From Sedimentisphaerales bacterium (GTDB lineage Bacteria > Planctomycetota > Phycisphaerae > Sedimentisphaerales > SM23-30): DNA of 64,000 nucleotides. Location of the stretch: assembly GCA_963666285.1 (NCBI GenBank), contig OY762711.1. One strand, given 5' to 3'. Within the stretch, counting starts at the first letter, position 1; each line of letters opens with the position of its first letter. Position numbers and translations under genes: made by a program. Positions 48,620 to 58,631 of this stretch are shown here, one piece after another. Under the pieces are notes generated by a model. That model did no database searches and was not told the origin of the DNA. It was given only the letters and a program-made list of their open reading frames with translations.

Positions 48620-50269
48620 TTAAACCGTTTCGCCAGAAGTTTCACCACTGGATGTAGATGTCGAAGTCGGCAAACTGATTGTAAAGGTAGTACCCTCACC
48701 TGCTTTACTTTCAACTGCTACTATGCCACCATGTTCTTCAACTATTTTCTTTACCACAGCCAGGCCAAGTCCGGTTCCGCCGTGTCCTTTACTGGAATGG
48801 AAAGCGGTAAAAATATCTTCCTGGTGATCTTTTTCGATACCCGGACCATTATCTGAAACTGTCAGAATTGCAACATTCTTGGCAGCACTGAAATATGTCT
48901 TAACTGTGATAACACCTTCACCTGATTTCAGAATATCAAATGCATTTAAGATAAGGTTTAGCAGAACCTGCTGGATACCATCTGAATCCATAGGTATAGC
49001 CGGCAGATGATCGTCCAGGTCTGAGAATAAACCAACACCTTTCTGCTGAGCAGTTTCGCTAAGCAGCTCTACCGACTCGGTCACAAGATGGTTCAGCTGA
49101 GACATCTCCTTATTAGGCTTGCGAACTTTACTAAAAGCAAGCATATTGAGCATGAGGTTCTGTACCCTGGTAAGATTTCGCTTAATTACACGCCAGCCTT
49201 TGGCGGACATTTCAACATTATCCTTTTTGAAACCCATATCAACCAGGTCAGCAGCACTTTGCATACCCTGAAGAATATTTTTGATACCATGCGAAATATA
49301 AGCTACTGTTTCACCGGTCGCTGCCAGCCTTTCAGCTTTTACCCCGCTTTGGTACAAACGGGCATTTTCTATTGCCAGACCGGTTTGGTATCCAATAGCG
49401 GTTAGAAGTTCGAGTTGTTCGCCGGCATAGGTATTGGTCGCCATTGTTGTATCAACATAAATTACACCCATTATATTGTTGCGTACCGCAATAGGCACAC
49501 ACAACGCGGAACGTATCGCCAGATTATGAACACTTTCACCCTTGGAAAATCTTGGATCACGCATGGCGTTGGTACAAATTACACCCTCACGTTTTTCCAT
49601 CGCATGCTCAACGATTGTATGGCTTACTGCTACTTTATCACTTTCTGCCTGTTCTTTATCACGGAAGCGGACTGCCACCGGGATAAGCGGCTGATCTTCC
49701 TGCTCGCACAACAGGATAAAACCGCGGTCAGCCGGGAGATTATCAAAGACAATGTCCATTACCTTTTCAAGAAGCTGCTCTTCATCAAAAATCGAACTGA
49801 TAGTGGTAGAAAGCTCATATAAAAGACGAAGATTACCAACCGCAGATGATGTTTCCGGTCCCGCAATAATTACCGAGTCGTCAAGCCCGGGAGTTGTTGC
49901 CATAATGGAAGATTCGATCAGATTACCGTCAGCGTCTATTTGCAGACCACCCGGGTCACCTGAAATACCGGAAGCTGTCTTTTTCTGACCAAATACAATC
50001 AGAGTAGCTCCACATCGGATCTGGTCACCCTGCTTAAGCTCCATAAAACCGGAAAGTTTAACACCATTTACATATGTACCGTTAGCACTGCCAAGGTCGC
50101 GTATTACCCAGCTGTCATCTGCCTTACTGATAAGCTCGGCATGACGACGGGACACGGTATTATCGGTAAGTGGAATATCCGGGCTGTTTCGCCCGACAAT
50201 CAGGGGCGATTCATTTACCTGGAAGGTCTTACCTTTATCTGAGCCTTGTGATATATAAAGTGTCGGCAA
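48620..50269 (-). CDS. FHA-GAF histidine kinase
   Basis: VGR...VSRRHA...DLGSANGT (FHA); IRSALCVPI...GVIYVD (GAF); SHGIKN, DNGPGI, GGTGLGL. Confidence 0.92.
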   Translation of the reverse strand: MPTLYISQGSDKGKTFQVNESPLIVGRNSPDIPLTDNTVSRRHAELISKADDSWVIRDLGSANGTYVNGVKLSGFMELKQGDQIRCGATLIVFGQKKTASGISGDPGGLQIDADGNLIESSIMATTPGLDDSVIIAGPETSSAVGNLRLLYELSTTISSIFDEEQLLEKVMDIVFDNLPADRGFILLCEQEDQPLIPVAVRFRDKEQAESDKVAVSHTIVEHAMEKREGVICTNAMRDPRFSKGESVHNLAIRSALCVPIAVRNNIMGVIYVDTTMATNTYAGEQLELLTAIGYQTGLAIENARLYQSGVKAERLAATGETVAYISHGIKNILQGMQSAADLVDMGFKKDNVEMSAKGWRVIKRNLTRVQNLMLNMLAFSKVRKPNKEMSQLNHLVTESVELLSETAQQKGVGLFSDLDDHLPAIPMDSDGIQQVLLNLILNAFDILKSGEGVITVKTYFSAAKNVAILTVSDNGPGIEKDHQEDIFTAFHSSKGHGGTGLGLAVVKKIVEEHGGIVAVESKAGEGTTFTISLPTSTSTSSGETSGETV

Positions 50270-50344
50270 ATTAACTTATTCCGTTATTATTTGGGATTCT
50301 ATTTTTTTACTGCAAAATACCACCAATTTCGCAGGATTTATTCA

Positions 50345-51232
50345 TTACATATACTTGTCTATCAGCAAACCAAGGTCTTCCCTGGTCTTAGCCGGCATTT
50401 TTGACTTATCAGACCATATAGCCAGATCCAGTGAGCTATGATGCTCACAGGCCTGATCTAACAAAGGACCGGCCTTAGACACTGCTGCCTTTATCATTGC
50501 AATGGCATTATTAGTTGCTTCATTGAGATTGTCAATAATCTCTGCAATGAGCTTATTTTTATCGATATCGCCTTCCGGCTCCTTCCAGCAATCATAGTCT
50601 GTCGGTAAAGCAAGTAAAGCATAACACATTTCTGCTTCTCGAGCCAACCGAGCTTCAGGCATACTGGTCATGCCAATTAAATGAGCCCCCCAACTGCGAT
50701 GCAATAGTGATTCTGCGCGAGTGGAAAACTGAGGGCCTTCCATACAAACATAAGTCGCCGAATCATGTACTGTTGTATCGACCTGATCAGAAACAGAGAT
50801 CAACAATTTTCTTACTTTCTCACAGAATGGCCATGCAAAATCTACATGAGCAACAATTCCATCATCAAAAAAAGTATTGTCTCGCTTAAATGTTTTATCA
50901 ATAACCTGATCTGGAATTACCAGGTGTTTGGGAGCCATCTCTTCCACTAGCGAACCTACTGCTCCACTAGCAATAATATGGGTCACCCCCAGCATCTTAA
51001 GTGCGTATATGTTTGCCTTATAAGGAATTACAGACGGACAATACATATGCCCCCTGCCATGACGCGACAAAAACGCTATGGGAACACCATCAATTTCAGA
51101 GGTAATTATCGGAGCTGAAGGCTTACCAAACGGCGTATCAAGATAGTGCTCTTCGCCGGAAGTCTGCTCGGTCATTGCCTGCCCCAACCCAGACCCCCCT
51201 ATGATACCTATGCGAGGTTTTACTGATGACAT
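50345..51232 (-). CDS. mtnP: S-methyl-5'-thioadenosine phosphorylase
   Basis: IGIIGGSG, TPFGKPS, RHGRGH, MEGPQFSTRAES, GMTSMPEARLAREAE, TDYDCW. Confidence 0.95.
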   Translation of the reverse strand: MSSVKPRIGIIGGSGLGQAMTEQTSGEEHYLDTPFGKPSAPIITSEIDGVPIAFLSRHGRGHMYCPSVIPYKANIYALKMLGVTHIIASGAVGSLVEEMAPKHLVIPDQVIDKTFKRDNTFFDDGIVAHVDFAWPFCEKVRKLLISVSDQVDTTVHDSATYVCMEGPQFSTRAESLLHRSWGAHLIGMTSMPEARLAREAEMCYALLALPTDYDCWKEPEGDIDKNKLIAEIIDNLNEATNNAIAMIKAAVSKAGPLLDQACEHHSSLDLAIWSDKSKMPAKTREDLGLLIDKYM

Positions 51233-51522
51233 TCTAATCCTTTCGAATGCGTATTTTCAACTAGATTACATACGTTAATCGACCTAAAGCCATTAGAAAA
51301 AACGACTTATGCCCTGAAGTGCCTCTTGTGTACATTACAAATGTCCACCGAAAAACTTGCATTCCAACTTTCACAGCTCGTAATGTAATTAAATTTACAG
51401 AATTACCAGCTTAAGTCGACAACATTATAGCAAAACAGGAATTGTAATTGCTTTGGTACCAATAATCAAGCCTGTAATACCTAAATATCAAGCATATCTT
51501 CCTTTTTGCCTGACATTTTAAT

Positions 51523-52560
51523 TTAGGTCAGGACTTCAACTAGAACATCATCGTAACTTGCCCGAATTTCCCTAAACGTATCAGCAATATCAACAAATGA
51601 ATCAATCAACAACGGGTCAAAATGTGTTCCACTATCCTGAATGATTATTTCACAGGTTTTTTCATGTGAAAATGCATCTTTATAAACGCGTTTAGAGGTC
51701 AAAGCATCATAAACGTCAGCGATAGCCATCACCCTGGCACTAACAGGAATATCTTCACCACAAATACCGTTTGGATATCCCGAGCCATCCCATTTTTCAT
51801 GATGACCTATGGCAATATCATAAGCAACTCGCAAATACCTCGCATGAGGAAATTCCCTTAATACCGCCTCAATTGTCTGACCGCCAATTACAGTATGCTT
51901 TTTCATAAACTCAAACTCTTCCGGAGTCAGTCGTCCCGGTTTCTGTAAAATACTATCAGGAATCCCAACCTTTCCTATATCATGCATAGGGCTGGTACTA
52001 TATATCAGGCGGATAAAATCAGGGTCAACTGTTTCCGGATACTTATTATTTTCATAAAGGTTAAGCGACAGAGCCCTGCAGTAATTACGCACTCTTTCAA
52101 GATGGAAACCTGTTTCCGGGTCACGAGATTCAGCAAGCTTCGCCATTGCATAAATCAAAAGTTCATGACTTTCAAGGTTTACTACCCTTCTACCCGACAA
52201 CAAACGTACAGCAAGCTCGGCAGGATTAAACGGCTTGACAATATAATCGTCAGCACCAGCAGCGAGGCCTTCAACAACCGAACCACGCGAACCGCTCGCC
52301 GTCAAAATAATTATGTAAACATAATTCGATATATTCTTCCTGATCCTGCGACACAACTCCGGCCCATTCATCTCGGGCATATCCCAGTCAGTAATAACAA
52401 TCTGGCATTCATCATCGTTATTAAGCATATCCAATGCTTCCTGGCCGTTTGTCGCCTTAATTGGATCATAGTTATGCTGGAGCAACATATTTTCCAGCAG
52501 GCACAAATCCATCTCATTATCATCTGCTATCAGGATTTTTGTTTTATTATCTTCCGACAT
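51523..52560 (-). CDS. Response regulator with HD-GYP c-di-GMP phosphodiesterase domain (RpfG-like)
   Basis: REC (ADDN, TDWDMP, KPF); ESRDPETGFH, HDIGK, HHEKWDGSGYP, ADVYDAL. Confidence 0.95.
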   Translation of the reverse strand: MSEDNKTKILIADDNEMDLCLLENMLLQHNYDPIKATNGQEALDMLNNDDECQIVITDWDMPEMNGPELCRRIRKNISNYVYIIILTASGSRGSVVEGLAAGADDYIVKPFNPAELAVRLLSGRRVVNLESHELLIYAMAKLAESRDPETGFHLERVRNYCRALSLNLYENNKYPETVDPDFIRLIYSTSPMHDIGKVGIPDSILQKPGRLTPEEFEFMKKHTVIGGQTIEAVLREFPHARYLRVAYDIAIGHHEKWDGSGYPNGICGEDIPVSARVMAIADVYDALTSKRVYKDAFSHEKTCEIIIQDSGTHFDPLLIDSFVDIADTFREIRASYDDVLVEVLT

Positions 52561-55500
52561 TTTTAGCCTCCGGTATATATTCTACACATCTCTGAATTTC
52601 ATATTGAAGCTGATCCAGCTGTGCCTTAAATTTATCCAGCTCACCATTCTTAGCAAAGTCTTCCATCTCAGAAGCCAGTTTCATTAAGTCAACAGCTGAA
52701 GTATTTGCAGCCATACCTTTAACTGTATGTGCTGCCCTTCTTATTGATTCTACTTCCTGTTTCTCCAGCAAGTCAACTATTTCAGAATATTGTATTTCTA
52801 CCTGTTCATGAAATTTGTCAAGCATACGATTATACAAATCGGTATTACCCATACATCTTTCCAGAAACTCATCCACGTTGATTGGAACAGCATCATTCTT
52901 ATTCACAGTACTTTCCATTTCCATTTTGCTTTCAGTTGATTTTTCCTTAACCAAAAAATCCAGGTTATTGGCCGGCTGTTCAACTACAGAATCATTATTA
53001 TCGGATTTAATTTCCAGTTCGTTACTATCGCTATCGTCATCACTATCAGAACCAACTTCCGCGGCTTCTGGTGAATCTATATCCACTAATACAGTACCAA
53101 GCTCTACATGCTCTCTGAGCACACCGACCAGCTCTTCAAATAAAAATGGTTTACCAAGAAAATTATCCATACCTGCTTCGATGCATTTTTCTCGGTCACT
53201 TCCTCTCATATTTGCCGTTAGGGCAATAATCGGAAGCTGTGTATCCTTATCACACCATTCTAATTCGTTTTTGGCAATCATTTGCTTTATTCGTTTCGTT
53301 GCCTCGTAACCATCCATCTCCGGCATCAGGCAATCCATCAAAACTATATCACAAGGATATTCCTTTATCGCTTCAACTGCCTCAAGACCATGATGAGCAA
53401 CCCTGACATCACACTTTAACTGATTGAGCATCTCTACCACAACCATCTGGTTAACTTCATTATCTTCTACTACCATTACCTTAAGGTTACTGCCGTCAAC
53501 AACCTCTTTTCCGATTACCTCGTTGACAACAGAGCTCTCTTTGGCTTTGATTTCTTCGGCATCAATAACCTTGAAGCACGCAGTAAACCAGAAAGATGAA
53601 CCTTCGCCATAATTGCTGACCACTCCGATATTACCACCAAGCAGCTTGACAAGGCCTTTACTAATAGCAAGACCAAGGCCTGTACCACCATATTTTCTAG
53701 TAGTTGTTGAATCTGCCTGGGTAAATGCAGAGAATAGTTTTTCCTGCTTTTCAAACGGAATACCAATACCATTATCTGTAACCGTAAAGGTAAATAAAGC
53801 AATATCGCCTTCATGGTCAATCATTTCACAGGAAACAGTTACCTGGGAATCAATTTCTTCACGAGAGAATTTAATAGCATTTCCAATAAGATTCAGTAAA
53901 ACCTGACGTAACTTGCCTTCATCACCATGGACATGCTCAATACCTTCGCCATCATAATTATATTTTAAGGTAACACCTTTCTTTGAAGCTACCGAGCTAA
54001 CAACACGCATAGTATTTTCAACTGAATTCTTAAGATTAAACGAATATTCGTCAAGCTCCATCTTACCAGCTTCAATCTTGGAAAAATCCAGGATAGAATT
54101 TATAAGATCAAGCATAACAGATGCAGATGATTTAAGAACTTCTACATATTGCGTCTGCTTCCCTGCAAGCTTCGTTTTTTCCAGGAGTTCAGACATACCA
54201 ATAATACCATTCATTGGTGTACGTATTTCATGGGTCATACAGGCCAGGAACTCACTCTTGGACTTATTAGCTGCTTCCGCCTGCTCTTTTGCCATTTTCA
54301 ATACCTGTTCATGACGCTTCTGCTTGGTAATATCACGAATTACAGCCTGAATAACCCTTCTGTCATTAACCGTCATCGCCGAGAAACACACCTCGGTTTC
54401 GACAGATCGGCTTTCTTCATCATGAAATTCCCATTCAAACCTGTGACTTCCTTTAAATACCGCAGAACTCAATGTCTTCTGGAAAAGAATAGCTGACTCA
54501 ATCCCACAAGGCTGTCTTTCAGGTGAAAAATCTACCGGACTCATATTCAAAAGCTCTGATCGATTTTTACATCCAAATAATTCAAGAGCTCGATCATTAC
54601 AATCAAAAATCCTGAAACTCTCATTAATCAAAAGCACTGCATCCTGAGATGATTCATATAAAGAACGGAAAAGCTGTTCGCTTTCCTGCAACCTGCACTG
54701 ATATTTCACCCTGCTGACCATTTCATCACGCAGCTTTTCATTGGCCTCAACCAATTCTGCCGTCCTGTTGTCAATCTGCTTCTGCAGAGAACTGTTAAAT
54801 TCACGGAGTTCCCTGTCACGATCACAAATAGCATCACGCATCTTTCTAAAGGAGGTGGCAAGAGAACCTATCTCATCTTCTGTTTCCAGGTGAGAAATTT
54901 CAAAGTCAAGCTCTCCCTTTGCAATTCTGCGACTGGCGTCATTTAATTGTTTAACCCTACTTATAAGGTATTTAACCAGAAATACCGTCACCAGGATACT
55001 AATAACAAGAACAAACAGGCTCACAGTTACCATACTGTAGCAATAACCCCAAAACGCCTTATCCACAACATCTTTTGACAAACATAAAACGATCTTGCCC
55101 AAACCTCCCGATTCGGTAGGCTGATTATCCACACCGGATATTTCAAGGTCAAATATATTCTGTTCTGAAGCAACTATCTTGTCATCTAGTTTAACTATTT
55201 CTGTTTCAATCCAGAACTTATTATTCTCTTCAATGCCAGATTCATATAACTTAAATATCGACTCATCACGAACATAACGGGAAACAATTTCACCGGAATC
55301 ATTACATACAAGAACAAATAACATATGAGGAATCTGACCAAAAGAAAACGTCTGCACGTCAAGTTCTTCTGTATCTGATACAGCCAGAGGCAATTCTACC
55401 ATATGAGTAAGCTGGTCGGCATAATTTTTTGCTTCTCTTTTGCAATCCTCAAGTACAAAATTATAAATTCGCAACGACCCGATTACTGTAACAGATAACA

Positions 55501-55576
55501 GCGAAACACTGATTATTGCTACCACAGCTGCGGTTGTTTTAACTAGCAAACTTCTCTTTTGTAGAAAACTTGGCAT
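52547..55576 (-). CDS. Hybrid sensor kinase: 2TM/periplasmic, HAMP, PAS, HisKA, HATPase, REC, Hpt
   Basis: DEIGSLA (HAMP), THEIRTPMNG, NLIGNAIKF, GGTGLGL, LMDCLMP, AHTVKGMA (Hpt). Confidence 0.95.
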   Translation of the reverse strand: MPSFLQKRSLLVKTTAAVVAIISVSLLSVTVIGSLRIYNFVLEDCKREAKNYADQLTHMVELPLAVSDTEELDVQTFSFGQIPHMLFVLVCNDSGEIVSRYVRDESIFKLYESGIEENNKFWIETEIVKLDDKIVASEQNIFDLEISGVDNQPTESGGLGKIVLCLSKDVVDKAFWGYCYSMVTVSLFVLVISILVTVFLVKYLISRVKQLNDASRRIAKGELDFEISHLETEDEIGSLATSFRKMRDAICDRDRELREFNSSLQKQIDNRTAELVEANEKLRDEMVSRVKYQCRLQESEQLFRSLYESSQDAVLLINESFRIFDCNDRALELFGCKNRSELLNMSPVDFSPERQPCGIESAILFQKTLSSAVFKGSHRFEWEFHDEESRSVETEVCFSAMTVNDRRVIQAVIRDITKQKRHEQVLKMAKEQAEAANKSKSEFLACMTHEIRTPMNGIIGMSELLEKTKLAGKQTQYVEVLKSSASVMLDLINSILDFSKIEAGKMELDEYSFNLKNSVENTMRVVSSVASKKGVTLKYNYDGEGIEHVHGDEGKLRQVLLNLIGNAIKFSREEIDSQVTVSCEMIDHEGDIALFTFTVTDNGIGIPFEKQEKLFSAFTQADSTTTRKYGGTGLGLAISKGLVKLLGGNIGVVSNYGEGSSFWFTACFKVIDAEEIKAKESSVVNEVIGKEVVDGSNLKVMVVEDNEVNQMVVVEMLNQLKCDVRVAHHGLEAVEAIKEYPCDIVLMDCLMPEMDGYEATKRIKQMIAKNELEWCDKDTQLPIIALTANMRGSDREKCIEAGMDNFLGKPFLFEELVGVLREHVELGTVLVDIDSPEAAEVGSDSDDDSDSNELEIKSDNNDSVVEQPANNLDFLVKEKSTESKMEMESTVNKNDAVPINVDEFLERCMGNTDLYNRMLDKFHEQVEIQYSEIVDLLEKQEVESIRRAAHTVKGMAANTSAVDLMKLASEMEDFAKNGELDKFKAQLDQLQYEIQRCVEYIPEAKNVGR

Positions 55577-55613
55577 TATTTAGTTAACCCTTTCATAAAC
55601 TCCAACTTATTCT

Positions 55614-56567
55614 CTATCTCCCAACCTTTTTCCTGTACTTTTCTTTATCTCCATACACATAATTTGTGCCATCCAGCATCTCCTGTGGAATACTAATATT
55701 AAGTTTTTCCGCAACTGAAAGATTAAATGCCGGTTCAAATACTGCATATCTATGACTGACCGCAAGTTGATCACCATTCAGGAAAGTGTTAACCATTGCT
55801 GCCAACCCTTCACCTTGGGTTTCGGGAACAACAGCAACTCCAAACAATGCCCCTGCTTTCACAACTTTCTCAGAATATCCAAAAACAGGCACCTGGTTCT
55901 TTATACCTCCCAGTAAAACCAGTTTAATCGTAACCATATTAAAGGTATTAGAGTCTGGATAAGTCCAAATAACATCCGGATTACCCTTCAATATCTTATT
56001 TACGTAATCAGGCCTGTCACTATTTTTAACATCATCTGGAATTTCCACCAGATCCAGATCCAAACCTGAATCTTTAAATAATTTTAGATCATCGTAACCT
56101 TCCAAATCACTTTCAAAATGTATAAATGTGGAAAGCTTACTAAAGCCCGGTAATATTTCCTTTATAAACGCTATCTGCTTTTGTGGATCGACTTTCAGCG
56201 TAATACCAAAATTTATCTCATCATCCAGTAACTCAAGACCATCAGGAGAATATACCATACAATAAGCTATCGGTATACCTGCAGGTAAATTCTCCCTGGC
56301 TATTTTAGCCGGACGGCTGCCGATAACAACACATATGCCGGAATTAATCCGCTTGAGTATACCAGGATCATTTTCCAGTTGTGAATATCCAACATAATCA
56401 CAATTCTTCTGGTATTTTTCCTCCAGGTTATCAACAAACTCCTGCATCGCTACTTTATAGTCCGATATAGAATCTTCATAACAAACAACTATATCAGCCG
56501 CATTGGCATTAACTGAGCCAAGCCCTATAGCAAGAATTAATATAAATTGTAATAATTTAATCAACAT
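55614..56567 (-). CDS. Periplasmic binding protein (ABC_sub_bind-like fold), signalling-associated
   Basis: Signal peptide; PIAYCMV, VPVFGYSEKVVKAGALFG, FNLSVAEKLNISIP; no permease or ATPase in the operon. Confidence 0.8.
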   Translation of the reverse strand: MLIKLLQFILILAIGLGSVNANAADIVVCYEDSISDYKVAMQEFVDNLEEKYQKNCDYVGYSQLENDPGILKRINSGICVVIGSRPAKIARENLPAGIPIAYCMVYSPDGLELLDDEINFGITLKVDPQKQIAFIKEILPGFSKLSTFIHFESDLEGYDDLKLFKDSGLDLDLVEIPDDVKNSDRPDYVNKILKGNPDVIWTYPDSNTFNMVTIKLVLLGGIKNQVPVFGYSEKVVKAGALFGVAVVPETQGEGLAAMVNTFLNGDQLAVSHRYAVFEPAFNLSVAEKLNISIPQEMLDGTNYVYGDKEKYRKKVGR

Positions 56568-56580
56568 AAACTATCTATAT

Positions 56581-58602
56581 CTAGAACCTGAACTGCAACC
56601 TTCCAAAAAATGTTCTGCCCACTGTATACTGAATTTCATCAATCCCCTGGTAAAGATTGTAATCATCACTGAAAATATTTTGCACACCGAACATTATTTC
56701 TGCATTGCCGTCGGCAAAACCTTTTGTCAGAGCAACTGTCATGTCACTGTGTTCACATAACGGATCTGCATTGCCACTATACCTGGGATCTCCACTGTAT
56801 TTATAATTTGCACTTAATACCCAGTTCTCCGGCAATGAATACAAGCAGTTTAGACCTGCACGCACTCTGGCCGGCATTATACTCACAAGGTCAGCTTCAA
56901 ATTCCTTAAGATCAATATCATCATAAGAACACCACATATCTATTTCTGCTTTACCGAGGTCAAAAGTAACTTTTCCCTGTGCACCCAGAACTTCAAGGTC
57001 TCCATTATTATCCGGAGTTAAAGCTAAAGGTCCATAAACCGGATCTAACTGGGTAATTGTCATGCCAATAGTGTCTTTATAGTTATGATAATGGCCGTCT
57101 AGCCTGATCTTCACATTTTCTGACGGATCTATAGAATACCCTGCCTGGAAAGAAAGCACCCTCTCATTTTCCATGCTCGGATTTGCTTCAACCGTTTTAA
57201 AAGTTACATATTTCCAACCGTATGCCGGCGAGCGATATGCACGGCTGACACTGAATCTGAGTTTCTGTTTATACTCCTCTGCCAAATCATATATCGCTGC
57301 AGCCATCGCAGAAAAATCTGACTCTTTTGTATCAGAATAATAATCTCCTCTTGCCTGAAATTCCAGGTCTAACCTGTCGGCGATATCCCACCTGTCAATT
57401 ACATATAAACCGGCCTGGTAATCAATATACTTATTGGAAAGAAAATTATTTGAATGTTCGGTATATATATTATCAACAATGAAATGCCTGAAGTTAGTTC
57501 CAAGAGAAAGATCATGCTTTTCCAAGTCATAATCAACCTGGAACTCCAGGTCGTTTTCCATACCCCTGGCAAAATTGTTAAAATACTCTTTCCTTACTTC
57601 ATAATTACCAAACCATTGCAAATGGAATGAATAATCATCATATTTTTTTCTTTCCAACCGGGCAAAGAACCGACTTGTTTCATATCGCTCGTGTACCGGT
57701 ATGGTTGGTAAATATGGATTATAAAAAGTCTGCAGGTCTTTCTGATAATAGTCACCACGCTTGGCCCTGCTGTATGCAGCCCCAAAAGATAGTTCCATTA
57801 AGTCGTTAAGCTCTACAATAGCCTCGGTGTCAATGCGATAGAGACGGGAAAAATCACGTGACTCAAAATTATCTCCACTAACCGTATCTTCTGTAGAACA
57901 CCAGTCATCATAACCAACTGACATACGCCACTGCCAGTTATCTTTTTTATTAGCCCATCGCAGGTGATTGTAAATGTCTCCAAATTCATTTATAGTACCG
58001 GAATACAAAAAGCCTGGTTCAATATCTTCAGGACGCTTGGTCACAATATTGATCACACCGGCAAAGGCATTTGTTCCCCAGGCCGCTCCGCCGGAACCTC
58101 GAACCACCTCTATCTTTTCGATATCTTCCATAAATACGGGCATCGCCAGAAAATCAGTGCTTCCGTTAATCGGGCTGTTCAAGTTACGGCCATTAATTAA
58201 GGTAACATTTCTATCATAATATGAATACCTTAACCCACCCATACTTAGGCGGTAATGATTTCTGCTGCCAGGAAGCAGATCAACACCCGGATGATATTTT
58301 AACAGGTCGGCAACATTGGTAATGCCGCTATAATGAATATCATCTTTATCTATTATAGTTACCGGCACACTCAGATCAGTAACAGCCTGTTCCGACCTGG
58401 ATACCGAATATACTACCGGAATATCTTCAAACAGCATCATTTCAGATTCAAAATCACCTTCAAGACCATCTGAATCTAAATCTTCCATCTGGATATCACT
58501 TAGATCAACACTTTCAATTGATCCTTCATCTGCTGATTTTGCAACAGAAATTAAAGAACTAAACAAAAATGCTAGTATCATAATGTAATTTAAGTTCTTC
58601 AT
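56581..58602 (-). CDS. TonB-dependent receptor (copy 2)
   Basis: Plug motifs IPVVYSVSR, TLINGR, IEKIEVVRGSGGAAWGTNAFAGVINIVTK; C-terminal GRTFFGRLQFRF. Confidence 0.92.
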   Translation of the reverse strand: MKNLNYIMILAFLFSSLISVAKSADEGSIESVDLSDIQMEDLDSDGLEGDFESEMMLFEDIPVVYSVSRSEQAVTDLSVPVTIIDKDDIHYSGITNVADLLKYHPGVDLLPGSRNHYRLSMGGLRYSYYDRNVTLINGRNLNSPINGSTDFLAMPVFMEDIEKIEVVRGSGGAAWGTNAFAGVINIVTKRPEDIEPGFLYSGTINEFGDIYNHLRWANKKDNWQWRMSVGYDDWCSTEDTVSGDNFESRDFSRLYRIDTEAIVELNDLMELSFGAAYSRAKRGDYYQKDLQTFYNPYLPTIPVHERYETSRFFARLERKKYDDYSFHLQWFGNYEVRKEYFNNFARGMENDLEFQVDYDLEKHDLSLGTNFRHFIVDNIYTEHSNNFLSNKYIDYQAGLYVIDRWDIADRLDLEFQARGDYYSDTKESDFSAMAAAIYDLAEEYKQKLRFSVSRAYRSPAYGWKYVTFKTVEANPSMENERVLSFQAGYSIDPSENVKIRLDGHYHNYKDTIGMTITQLDPVYGPLALTPDNNGDLEVLGAQGKVTFDLGKAEIDMWCSYDDIDLKEFEADLVSIMPARVRAGLNCLYSLPENWVLSANYKYSGDPRYSGNADPLCEHSDMTVALTKGFADGNAEIMFGVQNIFSDDYNLYQGIDEIQYTVGRTFFGRLQFRF

Positions 58603-58631
58603 TTTTTACTCTTCCAACAATACACCATTAG

